DNA from: the human T2T-CHM13v2.0 reference genome, Homo sapiens
DNA: 64,000 nt
NCBI RefSeq assembly: GCF_009914755.1
Contig: NC_060937.1
Reading direction: 5' to 3' (one strand)
The stretch's first letter is position 1. Each line of letters starts with the position of its first letter. The notes below the pieces were generated by a model. The model searched no databases and was not told the DNA's origin. It was given only the letters and a program-made list of their open reading frames with translations. Of the stretch, positions 29,165-43,121 are shown piece after piece. The position numbers and the translations under genes were made by a program.

Positions 29165-29497
29165 CTGACTGCAAAGTGAGGAGCACCTCTGCCCAGCTGC
29201 CCACTGTCTGGTAAGTGAGGAGTGCCTCTGCCCAGCTGCCCACTGTCTGGTAAGTGAGGAGCACCTCTGCCTGGCTGCTGCCCTGTCTGGGATGTGAGGA
29301 GTGCCTCTGCCTGGCCGCAGCCCTGTCTGGCAAGTGAGGAGCGCCTCTGCCCGGCCCCTGCATCGTCTGGGATGTGAGGAGCGCCTCTGCCCGGCCGCTG
29401 TGCAACCTTCCAAGTGTGAAGTGACAGCCTTGTGTGTGATCTTTCTGCCTTCCCCAATTTGCATTTTCGACATTAAAGTTTACTTAAAAAAAAAAAA
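29165..29497 (+). mobile_element. SVA2 element (SVA-type VNTR plus unique 3' tail), 5'-truncated
   Basis: About six 39-40-bp VNTR units (gtgaggagcgcctctgcccggcc..gtctggg), then gtgcaaccttccaagtgtgaagtgacagccttgtgtgtgatctttctgccttcccc..ATTAAA..poly-A; no SINE-R; 17-bp TSD aaaagtttg(g/a)cagaccc at 29148-29164 and 29495-29511. Confidence 0.85.
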
Positions 29498-30786
29498 AGT
29501 TTGACAGACCCTCTCAACAACCTCAAAAGGGAAGAATTATCCTACTAAGAATGGGAAAACTGAGACCCAGAGAGGTTAGGTGACTTGTACTACGATTATG
29601 TAGATATAAATGATAGCGCCTGCAGGCCTGCTAGCTCAAACAGCGAAATGAAAATGATAACTTGGGGGGAAAGAGAATTGTATTCAATATACTGTCTAGC
29701 AAGCTTCTGGTGATATTTATACTTTGTTAAGTTATACATATGGCAACATATTTTGTGGGGACGATTTTTAAAGTGTAGGATCGGTGTCAATTTATGATCA
29801 GGAGAAGTGGACTAAAATAGAAGAAGGGAAAACCTAAGAATGACGAAAACAAAGTAAACTTTTCTCTCTGCTCTCCAGATAGTCTGCATGGACATTATCT
29901 CTATAGTTTCTGGAATGGGAAGAAGTTGTACAACTGTGTGCAGTACCCATCCAATGTGACAACATAGTAGGAGATAAAAATCTCCTAACCCAAATGGCAG
30001 TTTTTGTTTCTGGTGACAGTGCAAAGAGCCAACAAAACTCTAGTTTACCAGCCAGTTTAAATTACTTTCTTGAGACAGACTTTAAGAGTAATTTGATTCC
30101 TAATCTGTGCTAGCAAAAATACACCATTGTGCATCTGTGTGTTTTATTTACTTTTCTTGCATTTCAAATCACATACCCACATTCACCCTCACACACACGA
30201 TAACCCACACAAAATATATTTGGAATAGGACTTTTCCAGATCTAATCACAAACGATACATTTTTAATGGGGGAGGTACAGGCACTGTGATAGGCCTGTGG
30301 GGTATAATAGCTTATACCAACTGGTCTTCTTAAACAGATGCTCGACTCTAGAGTGGGGTCATCAAGCGTTTTTTATACAATTGGCTCTTTATTAGCATAG
30401 TGGACAAAATTAATTTTTGAATATACATCTTTGTTAAATTTTTTATTCCTGTTGTGTTATATTCCTGAAATGAAAAAGGGGAAGTTGAACTAGATGTTGA
30501 ACTAAGTGTTCAGGCATGATACACAGTAAGTCAAACTCACTGGCTGGAACCCACAGCAAGAAGTCACAGGAAGAATAAAACGTGATGGATTTGAGTATGC
30601 CTGACACATATACCTAGTTTGATGTAGTAACAATGATAAAATAGTCAATAAAATAAATTTTAAAAATTGGTCTGGGCATCAAGAGACATAAATATATTTT
30701 AATTAGATTTGTGATCTCCTGTTTTTCCCTCTCCAAATATGGAATAATTTTGTATGCCAACAGGATAAAAGTTGTGAGAAAAACAA

Positions 30787-31093
30787 TTTTTTTTTTTTTT
30801 GAGACAGTGTCTCGCTTTGTTGCCCAGGCTGGAGTTCAGTGGCATGATCTTAGCTCACTGCAACCTCCACCCACTCTTCCGCACCAGGTTCAAACAATTC
30901 TCCCATCTCAGCCTCCCAGGTAGCTGGGATTACAGGTGTGTACCACAATACCCTGCTAATTATTTTGTATTTTTAGTAGAGACGAGGTTTCACCATGTTG
31001 ACCAGTCTGGTCTTGAACGCCTGACGTCAAGTGATCCACCCGCCTCAGCCTCCCAAAGTGCTGGGATTACAGGTGTGAGCCACCGTGACTGGC
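30787..31093 (-). mobile_element. AluSx/Sz
   Basis: Poly-T and full Alu body. Confidence 0.92.
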
Positions 31094-31679
31094 CAAGAAA
31101 ATTATGAACAGAAGGGTCTTTAAAACATGACTTGTCCTCTGTATGCCTATAGTACATTAATACTTCTGGACAGTAAAAAATTACCAGATTAGAACACAAT
31201 GGTCTGAGGGTTACTATTCTAAAGAGCTCATTAAAATTGATAAGAAAAACACTGAGACCCCAATATGAAAATGAGCAAAGGACATGAATAAACAATACAT
31301 GCCAGTGAAGATAATTAGCAAGCAAACATATGGGAAAATGTTTAACCTTGCTAGTTATCAAAGAAAAACAAGCTAAAATAATTGTGTTAATATCCTACAC
31401 CACTTTAATGTGTAAGAGAAATGATATTCTGGTGAATTCCACCAAATGTTTAAGAATAATTAACATTAATCCTTCACAAACTCCTCCAAAAAAAAAAAAG
31501 AAGAGGGGGAAATACTTCCCAACTCATTTTATGAGGCCAGTATTATCCTAATACCAAAATCAGACAAAAACATCATAAGAAAAGAAAACTACAGATCAAT
31601 GTCTCTTCTGAATACAGATGCAAAAATCCTCAGCAAAATACTAGCAAACCAAATCTAGTAACATATAAAAAAGATTACA

Positions 31680-32005
31680 GGCTGGGTGTGGTGGCTCATG
31701 CCTGTAATCTTAGCACTTTGAGAGGCTAAGGCAGGAGGATTGCTTAAGCCTAGGAGTTGGAGACCAGCCTGAGCAGCACAGCAAGACCTTGTCTCTACTA
31801 AAAATAAAAAAATTAGCCAGATGCAGTGGCATGTGCCTATAGTCCTAGCTACTTGGGAGGCTGAAACAGGAGGATCACTTGAGCCCAGGAGTAGAGGCTG
31901 TAGTGAGCTATGATTGTGTCACAACACTCTAGCCTGGGTGACAGAAAGAGACTTTGTCTCTAAAAACAACAACAACCAAAACAAAACAAAACAAAAAACA
32001 ACAAC
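31680..32005 (+). mobile_element. AluJ inserted in L1
   Basis: Alu dimer with (CAA/CAAAA)n tail. Confidence 0.9.
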
Positions 32006-32079
32006 AGGTTATACATCATGACCAAACAGGCTTTAGCCCAGGTAACCAATGTAATAGACCACATTAACAGAATGAAGGG

Positions 32080-32435
<356 letters not shown>

Positions 32436-34671
32436 ACAGAACGAAGGGGAAAAAACCCCACACAATTTCTCAATAATAAAGAAAAGCATTAAGAAAATAC
32501 AACATCCTTTCATGAAAAAAAAAAACCAAAAAAGTAAAAGGGAATTATGTCAACCTAATAAAGGCCATCTACAAAAACCCATAGCTAACATCAAAACTAA
32601 TGGTGAAAGACAGAATGACTTCTTCCTAACATCAAGAATAAGAATATCTGCTCTCATCAGCTCTATTTGATATTGTACTAGTGGTACTCGTTAGAGCCAG
32701 TAGGCAAGAAAATGAAATAAAAGACATTCAGATTGGAAATAAAAAAGAAACTCTCTCTACTGCAGATGACATAAATCTAAAGAAAGACACAAAAAACTAT
32801 GATAACTAATAAATGAGTTTAGCAAGGATGCTGGCTATAAGAGCAACATACAAACATCAATTGTATTTATATAGACTATAAGTGAGAAATTTATAAACGA
32901 AATTAAAGCAATTACATTTATGAAAGCATCAAAAAAATAAAAAGCATAGGAATAAATTTAATAAAATACGTGCAAGACTTGTACACTGAAAACCAGAAAA
33001 CGTCATTGAAAAAAATTAAAGAAGACCTTAATAAATGAAAAGACAACCCATGGCTTCTGGATCGGAATACTCAGTATTATTAAGATGACAATACACTTCG
33101 CATTAATCTGCAGATGCAACACAATGCCTATAAAAACCTCAAGCTGCCTTTTTAGGGGCAAAAACTGACAAGTTGATTGTAAAATTCCTATGGAAATTCA
33201 AAGAACCCAGAAAAGCCAAAACATTCTTGAAAAAGAACCAATTTGGAGGACACACACCTTTTGATTTCAAGGTTTACTACAAAGATACAGTAATAAAGAC
33301 AATGTGATAGATTGCATAAGGATAGAAATATAGATCAAAGGAATTAAACTGAGAATCCAGAAATAAATCCTATACTTTACAGCAATTGATTTTTGACAAG
33401 AATCCCAAAGCAGTTCAATGAAGAACAGTCTTTTCAACAAATGGTGCTGGATAGCTACATGAAAAAAATAAAGCTGGACTCTACCTCACACAAAAATTAA
33501 CTCAAAATGGTTCATAGATCTAAGTGTAACAGTTAAAATTATAAGAATATTAGAAGAAAACATAGGCATAAATCTTTGTGACCTAGGAGTAGAAAATGGT
33601 TTCTTAGATATGACATCAAAAGTAAAAATGACAAAAAGAAAAAAATAAATAAATTGAACTCCATCAAGATTTAAAACTTTTGTGCTTCAAAAGATATCAT
33701 TAAATAAGTGAGAAGACAATGCCAGAAACGGGAGAAAATACTTGCAAATCATACATCAAGTTCCTGACAAAGGACTTGTATATAGAATATGTAAAGAACT
33801 CCTACAACTTAGCAATAAAAATACAAATAACTCGGTTTAACATGGACAAGAATTTGGATCGACATTTTGCCAAGAAAGATATATAAATGGCCAATAAACA
33901 CATAGAAAAACGCTCAACATCATGAATCATTAGGGAAATGTAAATTAAACCATAATTAACTCAAATACTACCTCACATGTATGAGGATGGTTATAACCAA
34001 AAAGGACAGACAAATATCGACAAGGATATGGAGAAATTGGAGCTGTCATACATTGCTGGTAGTAATGTAAAAAATGAAACTGTTTTGGAAAACAGTTTAG
34101 CAATTTCTCATGAAGTTAACCCAGAAAGAGTTATAGTTACTGAGTTATAGCTAACCCAGAAATAGTTATAGTCACCTGAGTTACTATAACCCAGAAATTC
34201 CACTCCTGGTTATATATCCAAAATAATTTGAGACATGTCCATACAAAAACTGTACACAAATGTTCACAGCAGATAATAGCCAAAAGTGGAAGCATCTCAA
34301 ATGTCCATCAACTGATGAATCAATGAACCAAATGTATCTCCATACAATGCAGTATTATTTGGCCATGGAAATTAATGAAGTATTAACTCATGCTACAACA
34401 CGGATGAACTTAAAATATATTAGACCCAGTGAAAGAAGGCAGTCATAAAAGGTCACATATTACATGATTTCATTTCTGTGAATAGGCAGACCCATGGAAA
34501 CGGAAAGTAAACAGAGGTTGCCAAGATCTAGGAGGAAAGGAAAATGGGGAGTGGCTCCTAATGGATATGGGTGATACGTGAACAATATATCAATAAATCT
34601 GTTCTTTAAATAAATTGTATCATTCAATGTTGTCAAGACTGATGAAACTGGTACAATTACATATTATTAGC

Positions 34672-34731
34672 AGCTTAGAAATCAGTACAATTCTTTTCTA
34701 AAGCTTAGAAATCAGTACAATTCTTTTCTGA
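34672..34731. repeat. 30-bp tandem duplication
   Basis: agcttagaaatcagtacaattcttttct(a/g)a x2. Confidence 0.9.
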
Positions 34732-35618
34732 AGCAAATTTGACTATACTTTCCGTGAGCTGTACAAGTCTTTCCATCCAGTAATCCTGCCCCTGGGAATT
34801 TAAACCATGCTCAGTGCTGAAACTATGAAGAAAGTTATATGACTGAAGATTTATTCTTTACAATACTAAAAAACTGAAAACCTCAAGTATTGTACAAAAT
34901 GAGGATACTTAACACTTTATCAATTCAACTAATTTTTCAAAAAATATTTGATCAATTAAGTAAAAATGTTTTATATTATATATTTTAAATTATTTATACC
35001 TATAGACAAGGACTGATAAAGAACATGAACCCAGGAAAATAAATGGCCTGTTAGCTTGCTATAATTGTTGAGATCCCTCTCCTGTATTTTTAATATTATT
35101 TTTGTGATGATTGTGAATGTACCACAGTATTCTTTGCCATTATGATGCTGTTATATTTAAAATGTTTTAAAATATTTTAAAGATGATTTCGGAGTGCTTT
35201 CAGAAATTATGCTTGTGGGTGAAAGATATGTGGGTACCCTGGATATCTGGACTATGATTCCAACCAGGAGAAAACACCAAGAGATCACAGCCACATTGGA
35301 AGATCTAGCTGACTCCAGTGAAGAAGTGTGAGGAGTCTACCTTCCCTGAAGAGCAGCTTGGCAGGATTATCCCCCTGGTGGAGCAACCAGGCTGGCGGAG
35401 AGAGGTGAGCCCCTCCATCAACAAACAGTAGGACTATAGACTTGTGAACTCTTAGAAGGAAATTTGTGATGATAGGGGTGGTAACCCCAAGGAATGCTTC
35501 TTATGTGAATCAATGACTGGAGCACAACACTGGATCTTAAAAGGAAAAAAAAAAGATTATACTTTCAAGTAGTGATATAACATGTTTTTAAAACTTTTAA
35601 AATTAATGCATGACTATT

Positions 35619-35925
<307 letters not shown>

Positions 35926-35929
35926 AGCA

Positions 35930-36290
35930 TGACTATATATACATTTATATATGGTAAAGTACAAAAATCTAAAATCTACAACTAGGTGAATATTTATATA
36001 ACTATAAATTCATTTTGCCACTATTCAGGTCAAGAGAGATCTTTTGGTGTCACCAGTAGCCTGCTCATGCCCACATGCAGTTGATACCACTGCTGAAGGC
36101 AACCGGTATCTGACCTATATCTCCACAGATTAGGTTTGCTGCTTTTGAGTTTCACAAATATGGAATTACTCAATACGTACTCTTTTGCATCTCCTTCTTC
36201 TTGCTCAGCATTATGTCTGGGGAATTCATCCATGATGTGCATGAGACTGGAATTGATTGTTTTTCATTGTCACTGGACTTAATGATTTCT
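35930..36290 (-). mobile_element. Old L1ME 3' fragment
   Basis: caaatatggaattactcaatacgtactcttttgc..cttcttgctcagcattatgtctggggaattcatccatgatgtg: antisense L1M 3' region. Confidence 0.65.
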
Positions 36291-37426
36291 GTAATCTGCC
36301 TCCTGCAGAATATAGAATAGTGCATTTCCTTCTGTTTAAATTTCACTGTGATGTAAAATAAATGCATGGTTAAATAAACTGGTTTAAGGGGAGAAAGTTT
36401 AAAAAAAAAAAAAGTCATTTAAGAGCATTTGACTACAACCGAAGTGCAGATGTAGTCAGCTAGAGAGCTGTCACTTCCGAGTAAATGAAATGGGCAGATG
36501 TTTGGGAAAATCAGTAAGATTGTGTGGTAATCCTGTGGAGAGTGTTGGCAGAACTAGAAAACAGAGAGATAACGAGCTGGCTAAAATGGTAAACAAAGGA
36601 AGCTTGCACTCCTGGGAGGGTTTGCAGGAAGCACACAGCAATCCCAAAACCCTCTGGACTCCTGGGTTTGAGGCAGATGCAGTGCAATTCCAGTGGTCTC
36701 TTCTGTTCTACTGTAAGCCCATCTCACCTGTTTCAGATCAGTTTAGGTTCCAGTGGGAATGAAGAAGAAAAACTTTTTTACAGTTTCAGCTGTCAGAAAG
36801 CTGCTGTTTGCAAATTCCAGGCTTCCAGACAACAGCAGAAAGGGTTTGCTCAGGAAAAAAAAATAAAAGTTTCCTAAGTGCTGTAAATCATGTTTTAGAG
36901 CTTGCTCTGGGAGGACATCAGAGGTTAGATTAAATGGAATAAAACTAGTAATAGTAATAATAATATTAATAGTGTAAGTCTGTTCTTATCTAATGGGGGA
37001 GATTGGGGCAGGTGTTTTCTGCATCCACAGCTGGTGACCTTCTCAAGTGGTTTCTCTCCCTCTCTGCATTGACTTTTCCCTCTGAGTTTTCTATATCGAA
37101 TCTTTATTTCCTAGAAAGGTAAGGTAATTACTAACTTTTAAATCTATAAAAGCTGGTAGATAAGCTTGCTGGCTACTTGCCAAGACAGCTTTCATTGACA
37201 TAAAAAATTCTTTGTTTGTCATAACTAAATATATTAAGATATATAGAACATATTTTGAAGTTAAATAGTTTCAATTTCTTCATAATTAAAGTAAAACAAA
37301 GTTATCTTCTAGTGTAAGTTAGCACTCTGTCACTAAGATCTGTGTGACCTTGGGGAAGGGCTTTCTTGTGTCTGAGTTTCGTCAACTGTAAAACTATAAG
37401 CCTAAATTAAGAAATCTTTAAAGCGC

Positions 37427-37484
37427 ATTTTAAAATATTAATATAATTTCTAAATATTTTAAAATATTAATATAATTTCTAAAT
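37427..37484. repeat. 29-bp perfect tandem duplication
   Basis: attttaaaatattaatataatttctaaat x2. Confidence 0.9.
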
Positions 37485-38789
37485 CAAGTCTTGTAGAGAA
37501 CCTAAAAAAATAAATTCTCCCTTGATATTGGACTTAGCCTTACATTAACAGTAATTCCAAGAAGTAAACATTCAATTTGACTGGGAATTATATTCTGTTC
37601 GAGTTTGGGTGCTACGTTTGGAGATCATGATGTACCCTACTGAAGCAGCACGTGAACACCAGGAAGAAAAATAACAATTACTTCTTGAAAAAGAGTGATG
37701 AGACCATGATCAAAGACTGGTCTTTTTGGTTGAGATAGAGAAAGTGCCAAATGTCTGATAACATTAGATTAATTTGAGATCCAGAGAACGTTTGGGTCAA
37801 GCCAACAAATTTATCTTTATTTGAGCTCTTAGCAACCTGTATGGCAGGTGTTTATTACTCTTGGAGAAGTGCTTCTGTTTATCTGGAAAGCGTTCATTGA
37901 GACATGAGTCTCCATTATATAAGTGTGACATGAAGTAAGTGGTAAGAAGTTGTCATGCAAACTCATGTTGTAAGGAACCACGTTTTATTGGAAGATGCTC
38001 ATGATGAAGAATTTCTTAGACAAAATGCAGATTAGACTCATGTTTACATCATCCCCAATTACAAGATCACCAGAGAAAATGTGTCATTGTCCTCCATGGA
38101 GTTGTGCTTATTTCAGGCAAAATGATTTCTGATGCATATCCCTCCTTTCTTGATGCCTGGTCAACAATAACTCCAGCTGTCAAGTGCTGATGCAAGAGAT
38201 GGAAATTCCATTTTTCTTTTCTTCTACAGGAAACACAAAGATCCTCCATGCAATCTTCTGGGCTATCGTCATATAGTATGATTTATGTATTTCTTGTATG
38301 TTTCTTTCTTTTTAAATCTGGAAGTATATTCTTTTTTTTATTGGGCTATTTATTCTCTTGACATCCTTGGATGTGAGTTAATGGAACCATAATAAAAGGA
38401 TAGAGAAGTAGAACAAACAAGCCTGATGGTATAGATTTAGGACTGCCTGACAGATTAGGGATAGCAAGGAGAGGAACAAAAGATAAAATCACCTGATTCA
38501 TGCGCACTGGGATGGTCCAGAAAAACCTAGTTCTTGAAGTTTCACTATGCTGTAACTCTGGAAAAGAAACACAGAAAAGGTCAGGCTATTATTGCAGGAA
38601 TTGAGAAAAAATGTTTTTCTTTTAAAAATTAATTTCGATATACGAAATCTAAAAGCTTAATCTAAGAGCCTAGAATAATGCTTTGTGCTCAATGAGCATT
38701 TTATAAACATTTGTTACTTAAAGTCAGGGAAAGAGTTTATGGATATGAGAATAATGGAATGGAGTGGACACACAACTATTATTTTATCT

Positions 38790-39260
38790 GCATAGAAGAG
38801 AATCCACTCCCCTTCTGGCCATGCCCCACTCATACGGCTGAGACTGGAAGCTGCCATCCTCCTACAGATTCTGCTGTGGTGATTGATGTAGAAATGGAAA
38901 CCTAAATTAAAATCATCCTAGTGCCTTCCTCCACGGTAATTGGCCCAAAGAAGGACACTTCACACGAGCTGAGCCGACTGGAGGACTTCTCCCAATTTTT
39001 CAAGTTGCAACCATGGAAAGTGATAAAACTGGAATAATGTAAGCTTGAAAACTGCTGTCGCTGAGTGTCCCATACTCCATACTCAGGAGGAAATGAGTCT
39101 GAGATGGTGAAGTCAACCCGTGGATGGAGACAAGAGGGGAAAGAGTCCTGACCACATGTGACCTGGTTCCAGCTGTCCCTTAGGTCCAGTTTTATCTCTG
39201 CCCTTTATAATATTTGGCCACTTGAGCCAACACTGCCCCATGAAAGAGTTTTAACTAACA
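38790..39260 (+). mobile_element. Old MaLR LTR (MLT1K/L-like)
   Basis: taattggcccaaagaaggacac..gagctgagcc..tgtaagcttg..agagtcctga..cctggttccagctgtccct. Confidence 0.45.
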
Positions 39261-39564
39261 CAAGGAAAAATTAAAGATGAACAAGATAGATTTGGGAATA
39301 ATCTAGGCTCTAAGCAATAGGAGGTAAAGGATTATATCATTCATCTTCTTAATCACAGTGCATAAAATAGTGCTTGGTACACAGTTGACAGTCAATAACT
39401 CTACAGTTTTTCAAAATGTATTTATTAAGTGTCTGGAGAACATGCTAATTACTGAGAATAAAATAGTGAGCAAGACAAGTGCAGTCCTTGCCCTTAAGAA
39501 GCTTTCAAGTGGAAAGCACAGAGAAGATGATAACTGGCAATGATATCATAATAAAAAGTAATAC

Positions 39565-39878
39565 TTTTTTTTAAGAGACTGGGTCTCACTCTGTCTCCCA
39601 CACCGGAGTACTGAGGCATGATCATAGCTCACCGTAGCCTCAAACTCCTGGGCTCAAGCCATCCCCCTGCCTCAATCTTCTGAGTAGCTGAGACTACAGG
39701 CATGTGCCACTGCCCTTAGCTAATTTTTTAAAAATTTTTTTATAAAGATGGTGTTTCAGTTTGTTGCCCAGGCTGGACTTGAACTCCTGGCTTCAACCCC
39801 CAAAGTGTTAGGGGGTTGATCCTTCTGCCTCAACCCCCAAAGTGTTAGGATTACAGACATGAGCCACCACCCCTGGTC
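39565..39878 (-). mobile_element. AluJ with templated internal insertion
   Basis: Alu body; TSD aagtaatactttttt; extra ~20 bp at 39797-39816. Confidence 0.9.
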
Positions 39879-40753
39879 AAGTAATACTTTTTTGATAGGG
39901 GGAATATATGATTAGTTATAGTTTTGGTGTGACAAGTAGACAGCCTAGCTAATCCAAGTTAAAAAGGGAATTATTAGGTAATGGGGTGTCTCACAGAACA
40001 CAAGAGGGGGAACGCAGCCTGACTTTTGGTAGGACAGGGACTGGGAATTGGAGAGTCATTGTCTCCCTAGGAAATGTTCTTTCTGACTCTCCTCTCTGCT
40101 TCTCCTTTTCTTTTCCCCAAAACTGTCTTATTTGCTCCCCAGTCCAAGTGCTGTTGTAAAACTGGTCACAGCTTTTAAGTACAGACCTGTCCAGAGAAGA
40201 CAATTATATTGACCAGAATTCCCCTAAGGAGGAATATCTACTCTTGAAAGTAATGCTTCAATAAGCTCTTCGATCAGCTGATTGGCTTAGTGGGTGAGCC
40301 CTCAGGGCATGCTCATGTCTGAAAAGACGATTGCTGTAAATTGCTATGCACAAAACAAGGAGGAGAATTAGTGTGGCCCAGGAGAGAGACAGAGTTAGGA
40401 AGGAGAGGGAGAGGGGAGGGACTGAATGAACTCTCCCCTCTCCATTCCATTTATAGTAAAGACTATTAAAATGATAAGATACTGGGGATGATAGATATTT
40501 TACTAGAAACTAACAAAAGAACTGAGTTGTCTGGGTTGCAACAAAACAAGACAGTGCCGGGAGCAGGGACAACCAAGTCACACAAGCTAAAGACTTGGCC
40601 ACCTGGAGAGATTGATGCATTCTCTTCGTTAAATTTCAGATGACCAGGAAAGAATTCTGCTTGGCTTATCTTGGGACAAGAGGGGCAGATAGAAGGGTGG
40701 GATTATGTACAAAATGACTGTTGGATCCACATTTATGTTGGGGTGGGCTGGGG

Positions 40754-41437
40754 TGTTACCAGTGGAATGTATCTGAGTTACCAGCGGCGAATCCGTACGG
40801 GTTTACAGCAACCTCAGTTCTTGCTTCCTCAGAAGAAAGAATTCCACTGAGGGGCATAAGGCAGAAAAACAGACCAAGGCACGGTTCAGAGCAGGAGTGG
40901 AAGTTTATTTTAAAAGCCTTTAGAATAGGAAAGAAAGGAAAGTACACTTGGAAGAGACCCAAGCAAGCAACTTGAAGGACAAATGCGGCATTTAACCTTG
41001 ATCCTAGAAGGCTGGCCCACTTCTGGGGTCTTGCATCCCTTTCCCATGATTTCTTCCCTTAGGGTGGGCTGCCCGCATGCACAGTGTCCTCCTTACCTTT
41101 GGGAAGTGAACACTCCTAGTGTGTTTAGGAAGTTGTATGCATAGCCATCTGAGGCTTTCTTCCCTTTTCTGATGGAGTGCCACAGGAAAGTCATGCTCCA
41201 TCATTTTGTCTCATAATGTGCATGCCCAGGAAGTTGCTTTTTCTCACATCTGCATTCAGTCAACACTTTGGTGCGACAGGTGTAGACCATCAGGAAATGG
41301 CCTCTCCCTGGCACTGGCTGCCAGTTTATCACTTTTAGATAGGCTATGTGATAACTGCCAAACCATCATCACTCAACATTCCTGGTAGAGGGGAGGGAGC
41401 CCTCTCCTGCCCTGCTCATGCTTAACTACCTGTAACA
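40754..41437 (-). mobile_element. ERV1 solo LTR, MER50-like
   Basis: TG...CA termini (tgttacc...tgtaaca), 4-bp TSD GGGG, internal gcgaatccgtacggg..cctcagaagaaagaattc.actgaggggcataaggcaga. Confidence 0.8.
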
Positions 41438-41890
41438 GGGGGGCAGTTAAGGGAATTTCTTGCGAACTGATCAGAGCTTTTAAAAGGTCTTCAATACAGG
41501 GACAAAAATGGGTGTCCAGAATATATGTGTGAGAGACATCTCATCCAAGCTAAATATTCTTTGAGTGAAAGAATTAATACACAGAACTTTCTTGGATGGC
41601 TCGGCAAAAGCTGTGATATAAACAGAAGAAAGGCAAAGCTATGGGTCAGCAGAAGTCTAGAGTGAGAAAAAGGTATGAGGTGAACAGAGAGTCAGGAGAA
41701 TCTGCGGTGTCAAGAAAAGTAGAAGCCAAGACAGAGAGAAACACTGGAAGCCTGTGGATGAAGAGGGTGAAATAATGAGACACAACCATGTGGTAGCTGA
41801 AGGGTGTTCCAGTTCTCCTTGAGGTGTGACTTGGTGAGCAAAGGGCTATTATCCTGAAGGCCTGGTTGTTTTGTTTAACTCCTGGATGTT

Positions 41891-41894
<4 letters not shown>

Positions 41895-41926
<32 letters not shown>
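41895..41926. repeat. (TG)n microsatellite
   Basis: About 16 TG units. Confidence 0.95.
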
Positions 41927-41929
<3 letters not shown>

Positions 41930-42322
41930 TTACCTTACCTACCTTCCTTCCTTATTTTTAACGTACCTTACAAATAACTCCTATTACCTGAGATGCCCTA
42001 GGCATGTTTATGATCCTGAGAATCTGACAGAGTTTAATAACAAAACCACCAAGGAAGAAAGGAAGGAAGAAAAGAGAAAGGGAGAGAGTGAGAGAAAGAA
42101 GCACGTGTGATCAGAGCTGGCGTATTCATTCTTATTATCAAGTAAAAGCTGACTTCTGTCCTCCAATTGCTGTTTTTTTCCTCCCCACCTCCACTTCTTT
42201 ATTCTTTGTGATCCTTTCTCTCCCTTCAAAACAACAACAATAACAACAACAACAAAAACACCAAACCTAATCCTACCTACCTTTCTCCTTTCCTGTTCTA
42301 TTTAGTTACAGTATAATGATGT

Positions 42323-42540
42323 ACAGATGCTCACCACGTTACTCAACACTTGACTTATGCAAATTTGACCTTATACAAATTATTATATAAGGAACACAGT
42401 AAAGTTTTAGAAATGTAGAAAATTTGCATTTTATGTGAAAACAAAAAGTAGCCTAGTGCATAGATGAATTGCCTCCCAAAGTGTTTTGATGCATCATGTC
42501 ACATTGCCATGTGTTAGAATCACAGCCCTGCATCCTTGAC
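42323..42540. mobile_element. Old Tigger (Tigger15a-like) fragment
   Basis: TA-cagatgctcaccacgttac..acttgacttatgcaaatttgac TIR-like start. Confidence 0.4.
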
Positions 42541-42673
42541 TGTACCATAGTACAGGATGCAGTTAAGCGCTCAGACCCTGGGATCTGGCTGCTTGGATTT
42601 GTATCCTTTTTCTACCATTTTCTAGCTGAATGACCTTGAGTAAGTCACCTAAAGCCTCTAAGCCTCAACTTAC

Positions 42674-42999
<326 letters not shown>

Positions 43000-43076
43000 T
43001 AAGCCTCAATATTCTAATCAGTGAAGTAGGAGTAATGTTTTCTTTCTCAGAGTTGTTATAAGAGATAGATCAGGTA

Positions 43077-43121
43077 TGGAGCTTCAGTGGCACAATCAAC
43101 TAGTGCATGGTACTCATACAG
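43077..43121 (+). pseudogene. Tailless retropseudogene of the 5' half of pre-tRNA-Ile(TAT)
   Basis: gcttcagtggcacaatcaactagtgcatggtactcatacag versus tRNA-Ile-TAT GCTCCAGTGGCGCAATCGGTTAGCGCGCGGTACTTATA(CAG intron); most differences fit CpG decay; 16-bp TSD aga(g/a)atagatcaggta at 43061-43076 and 43120-43135; no 3' half and no poly-A. Confidence 0.85.

Noticed and set aside
29110-29504. Overlapping 67-115-aa ORFs and a CRISPR-like repeat array
   Set aside because: These are head-to-tail SVA VNTR units with no unique spacers in eukaryotic DNA; the ORFs are by-products of a GC-rich repeat.
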